A stretch of 64,000 nt of DNA from the IMG/VR virus record IMGVR_UViG_3300031555_004120, positions 4,145-68,144 of that record; one strand, written 5' to 3'. The translations under genes and the position numbers were made by a program. The notes below the pieces were generated by a model. It was given only the letters and a program-made list of their open reading frames with translations, searched no databases and was not told where the DNA came from. This document shows positions 38,304 to 48,586 of this stretch, in pieces. Source of the stretch: a virus (taxonomy: Duplodnaviria > Caudoviricetes). How positions within the stretch are numbered: the stretch's first letter is position 1; the number at the start of each line of letters is the position of its first letter.

Positions 38304-39311
38304 ATGGGAGTAAAGATTGGTAGTGCTCGTCTTGACGAACGTGGAAAAATTACTGGTGGAGCCGCTGGAGATAATACCGGTAATGAGGTATCTTATCAGA
38401 ATTGGTATAAGCATTCAAAAGGTTGGGTAGTAATCAGAGCTAAAGATGCTGCTGTAAGAAAGAAAATTGCTAATGCTATGAGAGCTGCTTGTACTAATAA
38501 CAATATTGGTTATGATCAGTCAAACAGATCAGGATTATTTAACCTGGTAAAAAATCTTGGTTATGATCCTGCAAAATGTACTGTACCTACAGAGACTGAT
38601 TGCTCAGCTTTGGTAAGAGTATGTAGTTGTTATGCACTTAATAAGAAGATTAACGATTTTAATACATCTTCTGAAAAGAATGTACTTGTAGCAACTGGTG
38701 CATTTGATACACTTACAGATTCTAAGTATACTAATTCATCTGATTATCTTTTAGAAGGTGATATTTTAGTTACTAAGACTAAAGGACATACTGTTGTAGT
38801 ACTTAATGATGGAGATAAAGCTTATATTGATATGAGTGGAGCTGCTACACCTACATTAAAGAAAGGTGATAAAGGTTCTGAGGTAAGAAGATTGCAGGAC
38901 AATCTTAATAAAACTATCAAAGCTGGTTTGCAGATTGACGGAGATTATGGTCAGAAGACTTATGATGCAGTTGCAACATTCCAGGCTAAGTATAATTTAT
39001 CAGTAGATGGATGTTATGGTCCTAAGACGGCAGCTAAGATGGTTGATGTTCTTAACGGAAATGGTCCTGTAGTTACTGGACCGGTAAAAATTGCTACATA
39101 TACTTTGAAAAAAGGTAATAAAGGTAGTAATGTAAAGACTCTTCAGGAGAATCTTAATATTGCTATCAATGCTGGACTTGAAGTTGACGGTAGTTATGGT
39201 CCTAAAGTAGAAGCTGCAGTTAAAGAATTCCAGAAAAAATATGGATTAGCAGTTGATGGTATTTATGGTAAGAATTCTTACAATAAGATGAAATCTTTGC
39301 TTAATGCTTAA
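38304..39311 (+). CDS. Endolysin/cell-wall hydrolase: Cys-His amidase/peptidase domain plus two PG_binding_1 domains
   Basis: IGYDQ, ETDCSALV and GHTVVV catalytic motifs; two LKKG.KG..V..LQ..LN...L.VDG.YG.KT..AV..FQ.KY.L.VDG repeats. Confidence 0.85.
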   Translation: MGVKIGSARLDERGKITGGAAGDNTGNEVSYQNWYKHSKGWVVIRAKDAAVRKKIANAMRAACTNNNIGYDQSNRSGLFNLVKNLGYDPAKCTVPTETDCSALVRVCSCYALNKKINDFNTSSEKNVLVATGAFDTLTDSKYTNSSDYLLEGDILVTKTKGHTVVVLNDGDKAYIDMSGAATPTLKKGDKGSEVRRLQDNLNKTIKAGLQIDGDYGQKTYDAVATFQAKYNLSVDGCYGPKTAAKMVDVLNGNGPVVTGPVKIATYTLKKGNKGSNVKTLQENLNIAINAGLEVDGSYGPKVEAAVKEFQKKYGLAVDGIYGKNSYNKMKSLLNA

Positions 39312-39387
39312 CAATTATCCCTAGTAGAGAAATCTACTAGGGATTTTTTACCGACTAATATACTTATGATTAAAAGGAGGTATATTA

Positions 39388-39636
39388 ATGATATTCAAAT
39401 TCAGATCTGATATTAAACTAAAAAGAGGAGATAAAGGAAAAAGTGTAAAAGAACTACAAGAAAACCTTAATAGTATTATAGATGCAGGTCTAGTAGTTGA
39501 TGGATATTTTGGATATAAGACAGAAAAGAGAGTAAGAGATTTTCAAAGTAAATATGGTTTAATGAATGATGGTATTTATGGAAAAGAATCTCACAATAAA
39601 ATGAAATCTATTATAAATAATACATATTGGAGGTAA
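39388..39636 (+). CDS. Stand-alone peptidoglycan-binding (PG_binding_1) protein
   Basis: Close paralog of the endolysin C-terminal repeats. Confidence 0.75.
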   Translation: MIFKFRSDIKLKRGDKGKSVKELQENLNSIIDAGLVVDGYFGYKTEKRVRDFQSKYGLMNDGIYGKESHNKMKSIINNTYWR

Positions 39637-39641
39637 ATATT

Positions 39642-40244
39642 ATGCAATTTGGATTAAAACCTGTAGTAAGTTATACTACAAGAGGTAAGAGAGAAAAAGA
39701 AACAGAAGGAATAGAGCATTATTTTATTACTCCTGAAGAAGCTAGGGTAAAGCTGGAAACAGAACAAATTCTTGCTTATACTAAAATCGGAGAAATTGAA
39801 TACTTTGCTACGGTAGAAGCCTTAAATGGTTCTAATCTTTATATTATTGATCCCAAAGGTATTAAATATCTTAAGTCTCATTTCCCAAAAATGAATCTTA
39901 ATGTAATTTATATTATGACAGATGAAGAACTCAGAATGAAAAGAGCAAGAGAAAGAGACAATGAGGATTTTATTAAATCTTTTGAAAAAAGAAATGCTGC
40001 TGAGAATGAACAATTTTCTGAATTTGAACAGAATAAAGAATGGGATATATTATTAACAAATAATGGAGATCCTAAAGATTGTATTCAGGAATTTTATGAC
40101 TATGTAGTAGGTAAACAGTGGGATGATATTAAGAACGGATCTGAACCCACATTGTTTTTAGTAGCAGGAAGATCAGGATCAGGCAAAGATTACATAACAA
40201 CAGAAACAATTAAAAGATTTGAATTAAAGCCGTTGGAGAGTTAA
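39642..40244 (+). CDS. Guanylate-kinase-like protein, circularly permuted
   Basis: Begins at FGLKPVVSYTTR...EGIEHYF; the P-loop LFLVAGRSGSGKD is at the C-terminus. Confidence 0.75.
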   Translation: MQFGLKPVVSYTTRGKREKETEGIEHYFITPEEARVKLETEQILAYTKIGEIEYFATVEALNGSNLYIIDPKGIKYLKSHFPKMNLNVIYIMTDEELRMKRARERDNEDFIKSFEKRNAAENEQFSEFEQNKEWDILLTNNGDPKDCIQEFYDYVVGKQWDDIKNGSEPTLFLVAGRSGSGKDYITTETIKRFELKPLES

Positions 40245-40423
40245 TCTCCAACGGACTTTTATTTTAATTAGAAAATACTACATTTGTTACTTCAAGTGAA
40301 CACCATTATTCAGAATAGAATTGTGTACCCGTTGCTATCATTTTCAATAATATATAATATTACATTTCCTAAAATTCTTAATCCTGATGAAACTCTAGAA
40401 AACTATATGATAGTTGAAATACT

Positions 40424-40436
40424 AATAATGATTTAG
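40424..40436 (+). repeat. Cassette site 4 (AATAATGATTTAG)
   Basis: Exact consensus with dyad arms CTAA-N7-TTAG. Confidence 0.85.
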
Positions 40437-40795
40437 CTAATTTAACTCAATGGGAAAAAATTGGTCCATATACAGGCAAAGTATCATCAGGAAGTTTAGG
40501 TATTGGAGTTGCAACTTCTGTTATGGAAGTTATTGTAGTTGCAAAATTACAAAATAATAATAATGTTATACTTTCTGTACATATACCTTATATATACAAT
40601 AGTACTAACAATACTTCTGGTACATCATATACAAAAATAAGAAGTGGATATTTTCAAAATGGTTCCAATGGAGGATATGCAGATTTTGCAATAAATGATT
40701 CTGGAAATTATATTCAACTTCATAATGCTTATTTAAATGGAAACGATGTATCTAGTTCTACAGTATGGGAAGTTTATTATCGTTATAAAATATAA
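40424..40795 (+). other. Startless cassette C, 123 aa, fibre-tip-like (NNDLANLTQWEKIG...VWEVYYRYKI)
   Basis: The track ORF 40523-40795 extends 33 codons in frame to the site; in-frame stops lie just upstream; no RBS. Confidence 0.75.
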
Positions 40796-40836
40796 ATAAA
40801 ATATCCTCTAGGGTTTATCACCCTAGAGGATTCTTT

Positions 40837-42054
40837 TTAATCGTTTTCTTTTTTATCTAATTCATCAAGCTTATCATAGTCAATAAACAAACCATACATT
40901 CTGTCTTTAAATTTCTTCTTAGACAACGCAATTCTTAACTCACGATACTGATTACATACATATTCCCAATGCTTTCTCTCACTATCATTCATTGTTTCTG
41001 TAGCAAGATAATCTTCAAGTACACCGAGTCTTGTACTGATACTTCTCATGATACCGTAAGCTTCTGTAGGTTCTGTACAGTTCTTAACTTTCAAAGCAAG
41101 CTCATAGAGATCGTTTTCAATACCTCTCAATCCATTTCTCTTAAGAGATTTAAATAAAGAAAATTCATTCAAACTACTTACATTCTTCTGCACAAAGAAT
41201 TCATTAAGAGATACACTCTCTTCAAGAACATTACCTTCTATACGATCGATAGATGTAAGAGTTTTTTCAATCTCGGCAATTTCCAGTCTAGATGCTGTAA
41301 ATGATCTAGAATCTTTCAGAGTGTTCTTAACAACACCAGAATAGATATTCATATTACGATACATTGTAAACATCCAGTTCAAAATAACCGCACTCGGAGA
41401 TCTAAGCGATTCTCCTAATCCCTGTAAAGAAGAATCAATTTTCTGCCTTGCAGATACAATATAACTCTCAAGATTACAAGCCTGAATAGAGGTATTCATA
41501 GTAAGATCGTCCGGATTCTCTACAAATAACATACTACTTAACTTGAATAATGTGTCCTTGATAGCAAAGATAACAAGTTGAGCATAGTTTACAGATTCTC
41601 TAATACGAACAACATCTTCATTCTTTAACATGATCTTATCAACTTCAAGTCTGATCTTATCAAAGATATCATAATCATCCATCATAGAAGAGATTTCATA
41701 TACAGTCACTGCTGCTAATTCAGTCTCATTCAGACCGATATCAAATAACTTACTATCGAATTCAATCTGATACTTATTCAGCTTAACCTTTTCATCGGTA
41801 GTAAGAATAACTGCTGCATCTGAAGGACTCATATTCGGATTAATACGGATACCGAAAAACTGCTTGTCAGTATTGTTTGTATATAAGACGTTAATACAAT
41901 GATTATCATCAAATACATTATTGATAGCAGCCTTTAAGTCGTTAAGAATAGACATATCAGGTGTAATTACTCTATCTTCCGGTTTAAGGTAAAGAATATT
42001 GAGAAATACAGATTCAAGTTTTTCGATTTTTTCTGCTAATAATTCGATATTCAT
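40837..42054 (-). CDS. Hypothetical virion (head) protein
   Basis: 405 aa with VLEES/LNEF motifs. Confidence 0.5.
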   Translation of the reverse strand: MNIELLAEKIEKLESVFLNILYLKPEDRVITPDMSILNDLKAAINNVFDDNHCINVLYTNNTDKQFFGIRINPNMSPSDAAVILTTDEKVKLNKYQIEFDSKLFDIGLNETELAAVTVYEISSMMDDYDIFDKIRLEVDKIMLKNEDVVRIRESVNYAQLVIFAIKDTLFKLSSMLFVENPDDLTMNTSIQACNLESYIVSARQKIDSSLQGLGESLRSPSAVILNWMFTMYRNMNIYSGVVKNTLKDSRSFTASRLEIAEIEKTLTSIDRIEGNVLEESVSLNEFFVQKNVSSLNEFSLFKSLKRNGLRGIENDLYELALKVKNCTEPTEAYGIMRSISTRLGVLEDYLATETMNDSERKHWEYVCNQYRELRIALSKKKFKDRMYGLFIDYDKLDELDKKEND

Positions 42055-42215
42055 ATTCTCTTATCTCCTTACTTTTGTTATAGTCATAAAGCAAAATATG
42101 CTTGTATTATCTAATTGTTAAACTTTCAGTTTTCAATTATATATTATAGTAATGAATATAGTACTACTAATGATATTTAATTCAAAATTACATAAGAGAA
42201 AAGGAGGAATATGAT

Positions 42216-42614
42216 ATGTCTAATAGTAACTATATAGAATTTAGAAAGTGGCTTAAACATTTTGCAATGTTGGGAGAAGAGGACAAATCATGTTATCCTT
42301 TTCCTATTTACAAAAGAAGATTTGATAAATCGAGCATCAAATCACAACTGTCCGTAATATATACAAATTATAAGATAATCATGAATAAAGAAATTGATGA
42401 ATATGGAAAAAATAATATCATCGATAGCATTATATCTGACAGGTATGAAGTTCTTAAAAGTCTCGGTAAATCTATTCAAGAAACAAACAATAACTCCGAA
42501 ACATTTGATACTGTAAATCAATATCTTAACAATTGTGTTATTATTAGAGATGAGATTTCTATGTTAATGCATGAAAAAGATCTTGTAGAAAGACATATCA
42601 GAAAAATAAAGTAA
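42216..42614 (+). CDS. Hypothetical early protein
   Basis: AGGAGG RBS; TATATTAT at 42140-42147. Confidence 0.55.
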   Translation: MSNSNYIEFRKWLKHFAMLGEEDKSCYPFPIYKRRFDKSSIKSQLSVIYTNYKIIMNKEIDEYGKNNIIDSIISDRYEVLKSLGKSIQETNNNSETFDTVNQYLNNCVIIRDEISMLMHEKDLVERHIRKIK

Positions 42615-42679
42615 AATTCCTGTTACAATAATCCTCCAAAAACAATATATTAATATTGAAAAGGAGGATTATTGTAGCC

Positions 42680-43849
42680 ATGAAAGATACCTCTGTTATA
42701 GCAAACGAGCTTTATTTTTTGGTTTCTGATAAGCTCGATAAAAACAGTAGAAAATTTAAAGCGATGATTGGAAATTTTATCAATACAAGACATAAGGAAC
42801 TTTATGCAACCGCACCTTATGATAGGATATTCTTTAATAGAAAAGATGTAGAGAATATTTTTTCTTCTCTTGGAATTGATGAAAATGAAGTAAAAACTAT
42901 TATGGATAAATCTTTCTTGATGCATATTGATTGTAGACCTAAATGTGCACAGGAACCTTATGTTCAAGTTTTAATGTGTTGTATCAGATATTATCTAAAA
43001 AATAAAGATAGACAGTCTGCTGAAATTACAACAATATTTACTTGCTTTACTGGAAAATTTTACGCTTCTCTTCATAGTAATTTCTGGAGAACTTATACAC
43101 CTAGTGAAGCAGTAATGGAATATGTTATTAATAATATGCTTTCTGATAAATTTGATCTTAAAACAGAAGGTACTATATTTGGAGCTATTAAGAAATTATG
43201 TATTACTTGGCTCGATAAGTATAGTTCTAAGTTAACTAATAATACTGTTTCAGATGATGATATCAAGCAGCTCATTCAGCAGTTAAGAGATAGAGAAAAA
43301 TCATTCTTAAAGAATATTGCTAATCTTTATTATGAAGCTTCTGAATCAAAAGCTTATATGAATTACGAAACTGATAGTTTAGATCCTGATGATTTTAGAA
43401 TTACAGACTCTGATGCATTAAAAGCAGCAAGATTAACTGAAGCTGCTGTTGGGTTGATGACTTCTCAGAAGATTGATTTGAAATGTGTTGCTAATTGTCA
43501 TGATCATAGAGTATCTTCTAAGAATATTATGACTATTCTTGAAAGTATATTATCTGATAATGAGAATATTCCTAATTTGAAATGGGTAGTCAATGTTCTT
43601 ATTTGTGACTTTATGTCAAACTATCCTGGAAAAGAAGTAGGTGGAGCAGATTTCTTATCTTATACTATGAAATCTAAACCTAATACTAAGAATGAATATC
43701 TTCTAAAGATGAAACAAATTGTTTATAATTGGTTGAATAGAACTGATGTGTTTAGAAAATGTAAGTCTGATATAACTATGAATAGTTATTATCGTTCTAT
43801 TCTTATGTATTTCGCTTTGATGGTTTCTAAAGTAGCATTAAAAGGATAA
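42680..43849 (+). CDS. Hypothetical all-helical protein
   Basis: Start refined to ATG 42680 (AGGAGG RBS); AACA-N6-TA at 42641-42652. Confidence 0.6.
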   Translation: MKDTSVIANELYFLVSDKLDKNSRKFKAMIGNFINTRHKELYATAPYDRIFFNRKDVENIFSSLGIDENEVKTIMDKSFLMHIDCRPKCAQEPYVQVLMCCIRYYLKNKDRQSAEITTIFTCFTGKFYASLHSNFWRTYTPSEAVMEYVINNMLSDKFDLKTEGTIFGAIKKLCITWLDKYSSKLTNNTVSDDDIKQLIQQLRDREKSFLKNIANLYYEASESKAYMNYETDSLDPDDFRITDSDALKAARLTEAAVGLMTSQKIDLKCVANCHDHRVSSKNIMTILESILSDNENIPNLKWVVNVLICDFMSNYPGKEVGGADFLSYTMKSKPNTKNEYLLKMKQIVYNWLNRTDVFRKCKSDITMNSYYRSILMYFALMVSKVALKG

Positions 43850-43906
43850 AATATCCCCTAGGAGTATAAGACTCCTAGGGGAATTATTTGTCTAAGATCC
43901 TGATAT

Positions 43907-45301
43907 TTACAGAAGTCTGTCTTTTGTACAAGTGTATGTCATATGCTTGCAAGGTTCTTTACAAGAATATCCTCTCCACATACAACGAGGAAGAATTAAT
44001 TGTTCTCCTGTTTTTTCTCTATCTTCTACCATAGATACTAATCTTGCTGCGTTAAGAGGCGATACTTCTGTAAAGATATTATTTTTGATATTATGCCAGC
44101 TAAATTCAAACATAAGTCTAATCTGATCACAAGTAATATCCATAATTTCTTTTTGAGCTCGCATACATACTCTTTCTTTACATTTAAGATAAAAGTTTTC
44201 GAAAAGACCTTGTTCATGAATAAATAACATAGTAGCTTGACATACAACATTAGAATTATTGTACATATCTCTCATGTCATTTTCCCATTCTTTAATATCT
44301 TCTTCTTTTTGCAGAATATAAGGTGTATACCAAGATTCTTCAAAAATGTTTACAATAGTATAGTCTATTGTTCTATGACGCTGTTCCTGAGCAAGACATG
44401 CAAAACTATACATATTATACATATTATATGCATCATGTTTTATATAGCTATGATACTGTTTTCCAAAACCAAAAGGTTCATCTCTTTTGAAATTAGGAAG
44501 ACAACCATTGATGAAAGCTTGTCTTTCATGCTCATAAACTGGCTCATAAAATTTAATTCCGATATCTTTATGATCAACAAGAACAGGATTTTCTTTATCC
44601 ATATTCAAAGCAGCTCTAAATTCATCTGCTAATTCTTCTGCTTCTGCAGCAATCTGGGTAAAGTAATTAAATCTTGTCTTATAATGAGGAACAATAATAT
44701 TATTCTCTATCATATCATTGATAGTTTTAGCCATCTTATCAAGCCATTCACAAAGAAGAATAACTCTACTAAAAGAAATTGTAAACATCATTACTGTAGG
44801 AGTAAATACAGATAAGAAATATCTAGCATTCTCTAATGCTAATTTCTGAACCTCTTTATCTGTATAACTATCGCCATATGTATCTTTAATGATACCCTGA
44901 AGTTTCTCTGTCCATTTTTTATAATACTTCTTTTCAATCTCAGTCTCAGGATTCATACTAGTATATCTACCTGACTTTTCAGAAGTAGCATATAACTTAG
45001 TAGAATTAAGCACCATAGCCATAGCTTTGCTCGTTTCAATAACAAAACTAAAATGAGCATGTTCAAATACAGAATAATGACCAGATTTAGTATTACCACC
45101 TGCTCTCTTTATAGCAGTTACATCATTTTGAATACCATTTGACAAATAATCATCAGGCATATAACAAATACCTGCAGCTTTGCCGGAAAATACAATAGCT
45201 TCATCTCTCATAGCATCCGGATTAAAGAAAACATTATTCTTAGCTTCACCATCTACAGGTTTTTCAACTGTTCTTGCAACAACTGTTACTTTTTGTTTCA
45301 T
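43907..45301 (-). CDS. thyX: FAD-dependent thymidylate synthase-like protein with tandem ThyX domains
   Basis: Domain 1 has GHYSVFEH and SEKSGRY but lacks RHR; domain 2 has QEQRHRT. Confidence 0.7.
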   Translation of the reverse strand: MKQKVTVVARTVEKPVDGEAKNNVFFNPDAMRDEAIVFSGKAAGICYMPDDYLSNGIQNDVTAIKRAGGNTKSGHYSVFEHAHFSFVIETSKAMAMVLNSTKLYATSEKSGRYTSMNPETEIEKKYYKKWTEKLQGIIKDTYGDSYTDKEVQKLALENARYFLSVFTPTVMMFTISFSRVILLCEWLDKMAKTINDMIENNIIVPHYKTRFNYFTQIAAEAEELADEFRAALNMDKENPVLVDHKDIGIKFYEPVYEHERQAFINGCLPNFKRDEPFGFGKQYHSYIKHDAYNMYNMYSFACLAQEQRHRTIDYTIVNIFEESWYTPYILQKEEDIKEWENDMRDMYNNSNVVCQATMLFIHEQGLFENFYLKCKERVCMRAQKEIMDITCDQIRLMFEFSWHNIKNNIFTEVSPLNAARLVSMVEDREKTGEQLILPRCMWRGYSCKEPCKHMTYTCTKDRLL

Positions 45302-45485
45302 ATTGATATCAACCTCCAAATTTTTATAGTATTATAAAGTTTTATATATTATAAATTTTGACAATACTAACTTAAATTTAATGGTTAGACTGAATTGCCA
45401 TCTGGTTAATCATTCCTTTAAGACACATTCTACAAAAGAGTACCCCTAGGAGTGTTAAACTCCTAGGGGTATTTATTCATATGAA

Positions 45486-45929
45486 TTAGTTTGTTTCTTC
45501 TGCTGCATTATCAGTAGCACCTTTAGCAGCTCTTGCTTTCTTGATATACTCTTTCTGAGCAATCTTAGCAATACGAGCAGCCTTAGCACCATACTTGTTA
45601 AGAATCTTTGTAGCATACTCTTTCTTAAGTCTGCTATACTTAACCAGCTTATCAAAGTCCGGAGACTTAGCAGCCTTAGCTAACTGATAAGAAGTTAATT
45701 TAACACGACGGTTAAAATCTGATTCAAGAGTATTCATACGAACCAAAGCATTCTTCTTCAGAACTCCCTGCTCTACAAGAATAGCTGCTTCCTGAGATTC
45801 ACAGAACTGAGCGATCTGCTCACTGCTTCCTCTAAGAACGTCATCGATCAGAAATAATTCCAACAGTTCAGCATCTTTTGCAGCTTCTTCGATAGAAGCA
45901 ATATGTGTTGTGCCATATAAATCTGCCAT
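45486..45929 (-). CDS. Small virion protein
   Basis: Acidic N-terminus (IEEA, FCES) and basic C-terminus; structural codon bias. Confidence 0.5.
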   Translation of the reverse strand: MADLYGTTHIASIEEAAKDAELLELFLIDDVLRGSSEQIAQFCESQEAAILVEQGVLKKNALVRMNTLESDFNRRVKLTSYQLAKAAKSPDFDKLVKYSRLKKEYATKILNKYGAKAARIAKIAQKEYIKKARAAKGATDNAAEETN

Positions 45930-46127
45930 TTTGATATCCTCCTTAAAATCGTATTAATATTGCTCAGAATCAGCATTTTCTAAGCAGTATCATGGATAAT
46001 TATTTTATTATGGAAATAAAATTATCTCTATTTTATTACTATTAATGTTAAAAATTAACCCCTGTAAATTGAAAAATTAACTCAATTTTTACTCATATAT
46101 AATAATTATGATATATTGGAGATTATT

Positions 46128-46268
46128 ATGGATAAAAATAATATGGTGAGATTTATATCGTGTTCTCAAGCAGAATATGATAGTAGAACAAAAATAGATG
46201 ATATTGATAATCTATCTAAAGAAGATTCTAGTAATAAAAATAAAGAAGAGGAGAATAGCAAAGAATGA
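46128..46268 (+). CDS. Small hypothetical protein, 46 aa (not in ORF track)
   Basis: GGAG RBS; ATGA overlap with the DNA polymerase gene. Confidence 0.45.
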   Translation: MDKNNMVRFISCSQAEYDSRTKIDDIDNLSKEDSSNKNKEEENSKE

Positions 46269-48496
46269 TAATTTCAGAAAGTCCAACTCTAGTCAAATAT
46301 AAGGAGACTATGAGACAATGTATTCGTTTATATTATCCTGAAGCTCCCGATACAGATATCAATGCAGCTATTGATTATAGTATTAATAAGAGATTGCAGA
46401 ATGCAAATGCAAAAATATCCAATTCTTATAAGAGATATAAAGTTACAAAAACAGATCAATTCGGAAATCCATATCAAGAATATGTAGAACCTGTACAAAA
46501 TATAAGCTTACTTAAGTTGTCAGACTATATCTTAGCAAGAGAACCTATTGTAACAGCTTTTGGTACAATGTTTAAACATCATGGAACAGTCCCTAATCCG
46601 TTAATGGAAGTAGTACAATCATTCTTGGATAATAGAACTAAACATAAGAAGCAAATGTTTCAATTCCCTAAGGGTTCTGAGCAATTTGAGAAATTTAATT
46701 TGCTTCAAAGTTTGGATAAGATCGATGCTAATGGTATTTATGGATGTCTTGGACAGTATACAGCTTTAATATATAATCCAAACGTTGCCACTAGTATTAC
46801 ATCTCAGGGTAGAGCTTCTGTATCTTCTATGGCTCTTCATTTTGAAATGTTTCTTGCAGATAATGTAAAGTTTGGGTCTTTAAATGAACTTGTAGAATTT
46901 GTAAATCATATTTGTAGTGAAAGAAGACAGAGAATGTTTAACGATTCTCTTGTTCTTAATCATATTCCTACAAAAGAAGAATGCTTTGCAAAGCTTGTAT
47001 TAGATACAGGATATAGATGGGTACCTAATGATGCTGAACTGGATATTATTTGGAAGATTGTTAACAATCTTACTCAAGAAGATATTACAAGAGTTTATTA
47101 TAAGAATAATCTTTATGAGTTTGCAAGTAATACTTATGTATTTAATATTATCAAGAAAATGCTTAAGAATTTGCAAAGACCATTTTATACATCTGCAAAA
47201 GTTCCACCTGAAATTGCAGAAGATATAAATGATTTGAAAGATTTGATGATGGAATATGTATATTATAGATACATGTATATTGATAGAATTGATCGTTGTG
47301 ATAATATGATTAAATCGGTTACCATGGTATCAGATACAGACTCTACAATCATTTCTGTAGACGCTTGGTACAGATTTGTAGTAAATCAGATCAATGAAGA
47401 AGAGCTTCGTATTGCAAATTATTGTCCGGATCCAATTATGTTTTTGGATAAGAATGAAGATGGTGAATATGATTGTAAAGAATGGATGAATCATCTTAAT
47501 TTTGAACCTAAACAGTATGATTATGATTTTAATACAGATGAAATTGTAGAAATGGAAAGATTTAATAAACCTGAAGTATTGACAGCAAATGATAATGTAA
47601 GATATTCTATTATCAATATCATTGCATATGTTCTTGATAATACAGTCAATGATTATATGGTTAAATATTGTCAAAATACAAATTCTGTAAAAGAAGAATA
47701 TCATCCTGCTAAAGAATGCAAGGTATATGCAAAGAATGAATTCCTTTTTAAACGATTACTTATGACTTTGGTAAAGAAGAATTATGCATCAATAATGGAA
47801 GTTCAGGAAGGAAATATGGTTCCAGAAAAGAAACAGCTTGATGTTAAAGGTATTGAAATTCTTACTAAGTCTAGTAAAGCTTTAAGTACAAGAAAAGCTC
47901 TTCAAAAGATATTACTTGATGATATCCTTCGTGCACCTGTAATTGACCAGCTAAAATTTGTTAAAGATATTGCTATATTCCAGAAGCAAATTGTAGATTC
48001 TGTGAAATCTGGTAGTAAAGAATTCTATAAACCTGTAACTATAAAATCTATGTCTGCATATGATGACCCTATGCGTATTCAAGGTATTAAAGCATCTATT
48101 GCTTGGAATATGATTAAACCTGCTGATGTAGAAGCAATTAATTTGCAGGAAAGAAATGCTGTAGATATTGCTAAAGTTCAAATCGATATGGCAACTGTAG
48201 ATAGAATTAAAGATACTTTCCCAGAAGTATATGTTAATATCTTAAATGCTCTTGATGATGATACTTTCAAGACTTATGTAAAGAATCCTAAGACTGGTCA
48301 AAAAGATAAATTAACAAGTAATGAGATTGTTGCTGTAGCAATTCCTCTTGATACTGTACTTCCTGCATGGTTAGAACCATTTATCGATTACGATTCTATT
48401 CTTGCAGATAATCTTAATGGATTCCCTTATGAAAGTATTGGTATTAAGAGATTAGGTAAGAATAATATTAACTGTACAAATATAGTACAGTTATAA
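46265..48496 (+). CDS. Family B DNA polymerase, split-type subunit (motif B and motif C half)
   Basis: KIDANGIYG (motif B), SITSQGR, SDTDS (motif C), KKNYA and DVKGIE; no DxxSLYP motif A or 3'-5' exonuclease motifs in this ORF. Confidence 0.8.
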   Translation: MIISESPTLVKYKETMRQCIRLYYPEAPDTDINAAIDYSINKRLQNANAKISNSYKRYKVTKTDQFGNPYQEYVEPVQNISLLKLSDYILAREPIVTAFGTMFKHHGTVPNPLMEVVQSFLDNRTKHKKQMFQFPKGSEQFEKFNLLQSLDKIDANGIYGCLGQYTALIYNPNVATSITSQGRASVSSMALHFEMFLADNVKFGSLNELVEFVNHICSERRQRMFNDSLVLNHIPTKEECFAKLVLDTGYRWVPNDAELDIIWKIVNNLTQEDITRVYYKNNLYEFASNTYVFNIIKKMLKNLQRPFYTSAKVPPEIAEDINDLKDLMMEYVYYRYMYIDRIDRCDNMIKSVTMVSDTDSTIISVDAWYRFVVNQINEEELRIANYCPDPIMFLDKNEDGEYDCKEWMNHLNFEPKQYDYDFNTDEIVEMERFNKPEVLTANDNVRYSIINIIAYVLDNTVNDYMVKYCQNTNSVKEEYHPAKECKVYAKNEFLFKRLLMTLVKKNYASIMEVQEGNMVPEKKQLDVKGIEILTKSSKALSTRKALQKILLDDILRAPVIDQLKFVKDIAIFQKQIVDSVKSGSKEFYKPVTIKSMSAYDDPMRIQGIKASIAWNMIKPADVEAINLQERNAVDIAKVQIDMATVDRIKDTFPEVYVNILNALDDDTFKTYVKNPKTGQKDKLTSNEIVAVAIPLDTVLPAWLEPFIDYDSILADNLNGFPYESIGIKRLGKNNINCTNIVQL

Positions 48497-48586
48497 ATGC
48501 TAGATCAATAATATATTATAATATTGATAAAATAAGATTCTTGTTACATTGATATAATAGAAATACCAGAAAAGGAGGTATTAATT

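Noticed and set aside
40262-40423. Possible extra cassette upstream of site 4
   Set aside because: No site and no clean frame on the minus strand (several stops); the plus-strand open frame looks like noise. At most a decayed remnant.
42680-43849. Candidate sigma-like promoter-specificity subunit
   Set aside because: Size and helicity would fit, but no motif could be recognised; left as hypothetical pending HHpred.
6844-48496. Introns, inteins or homing endonucleases in terL, capsid or polymerase
   Set aside because: Reading frames are continuous, with no intein or LAGLIDADG/HNH/GIY-YIG motifs seen.
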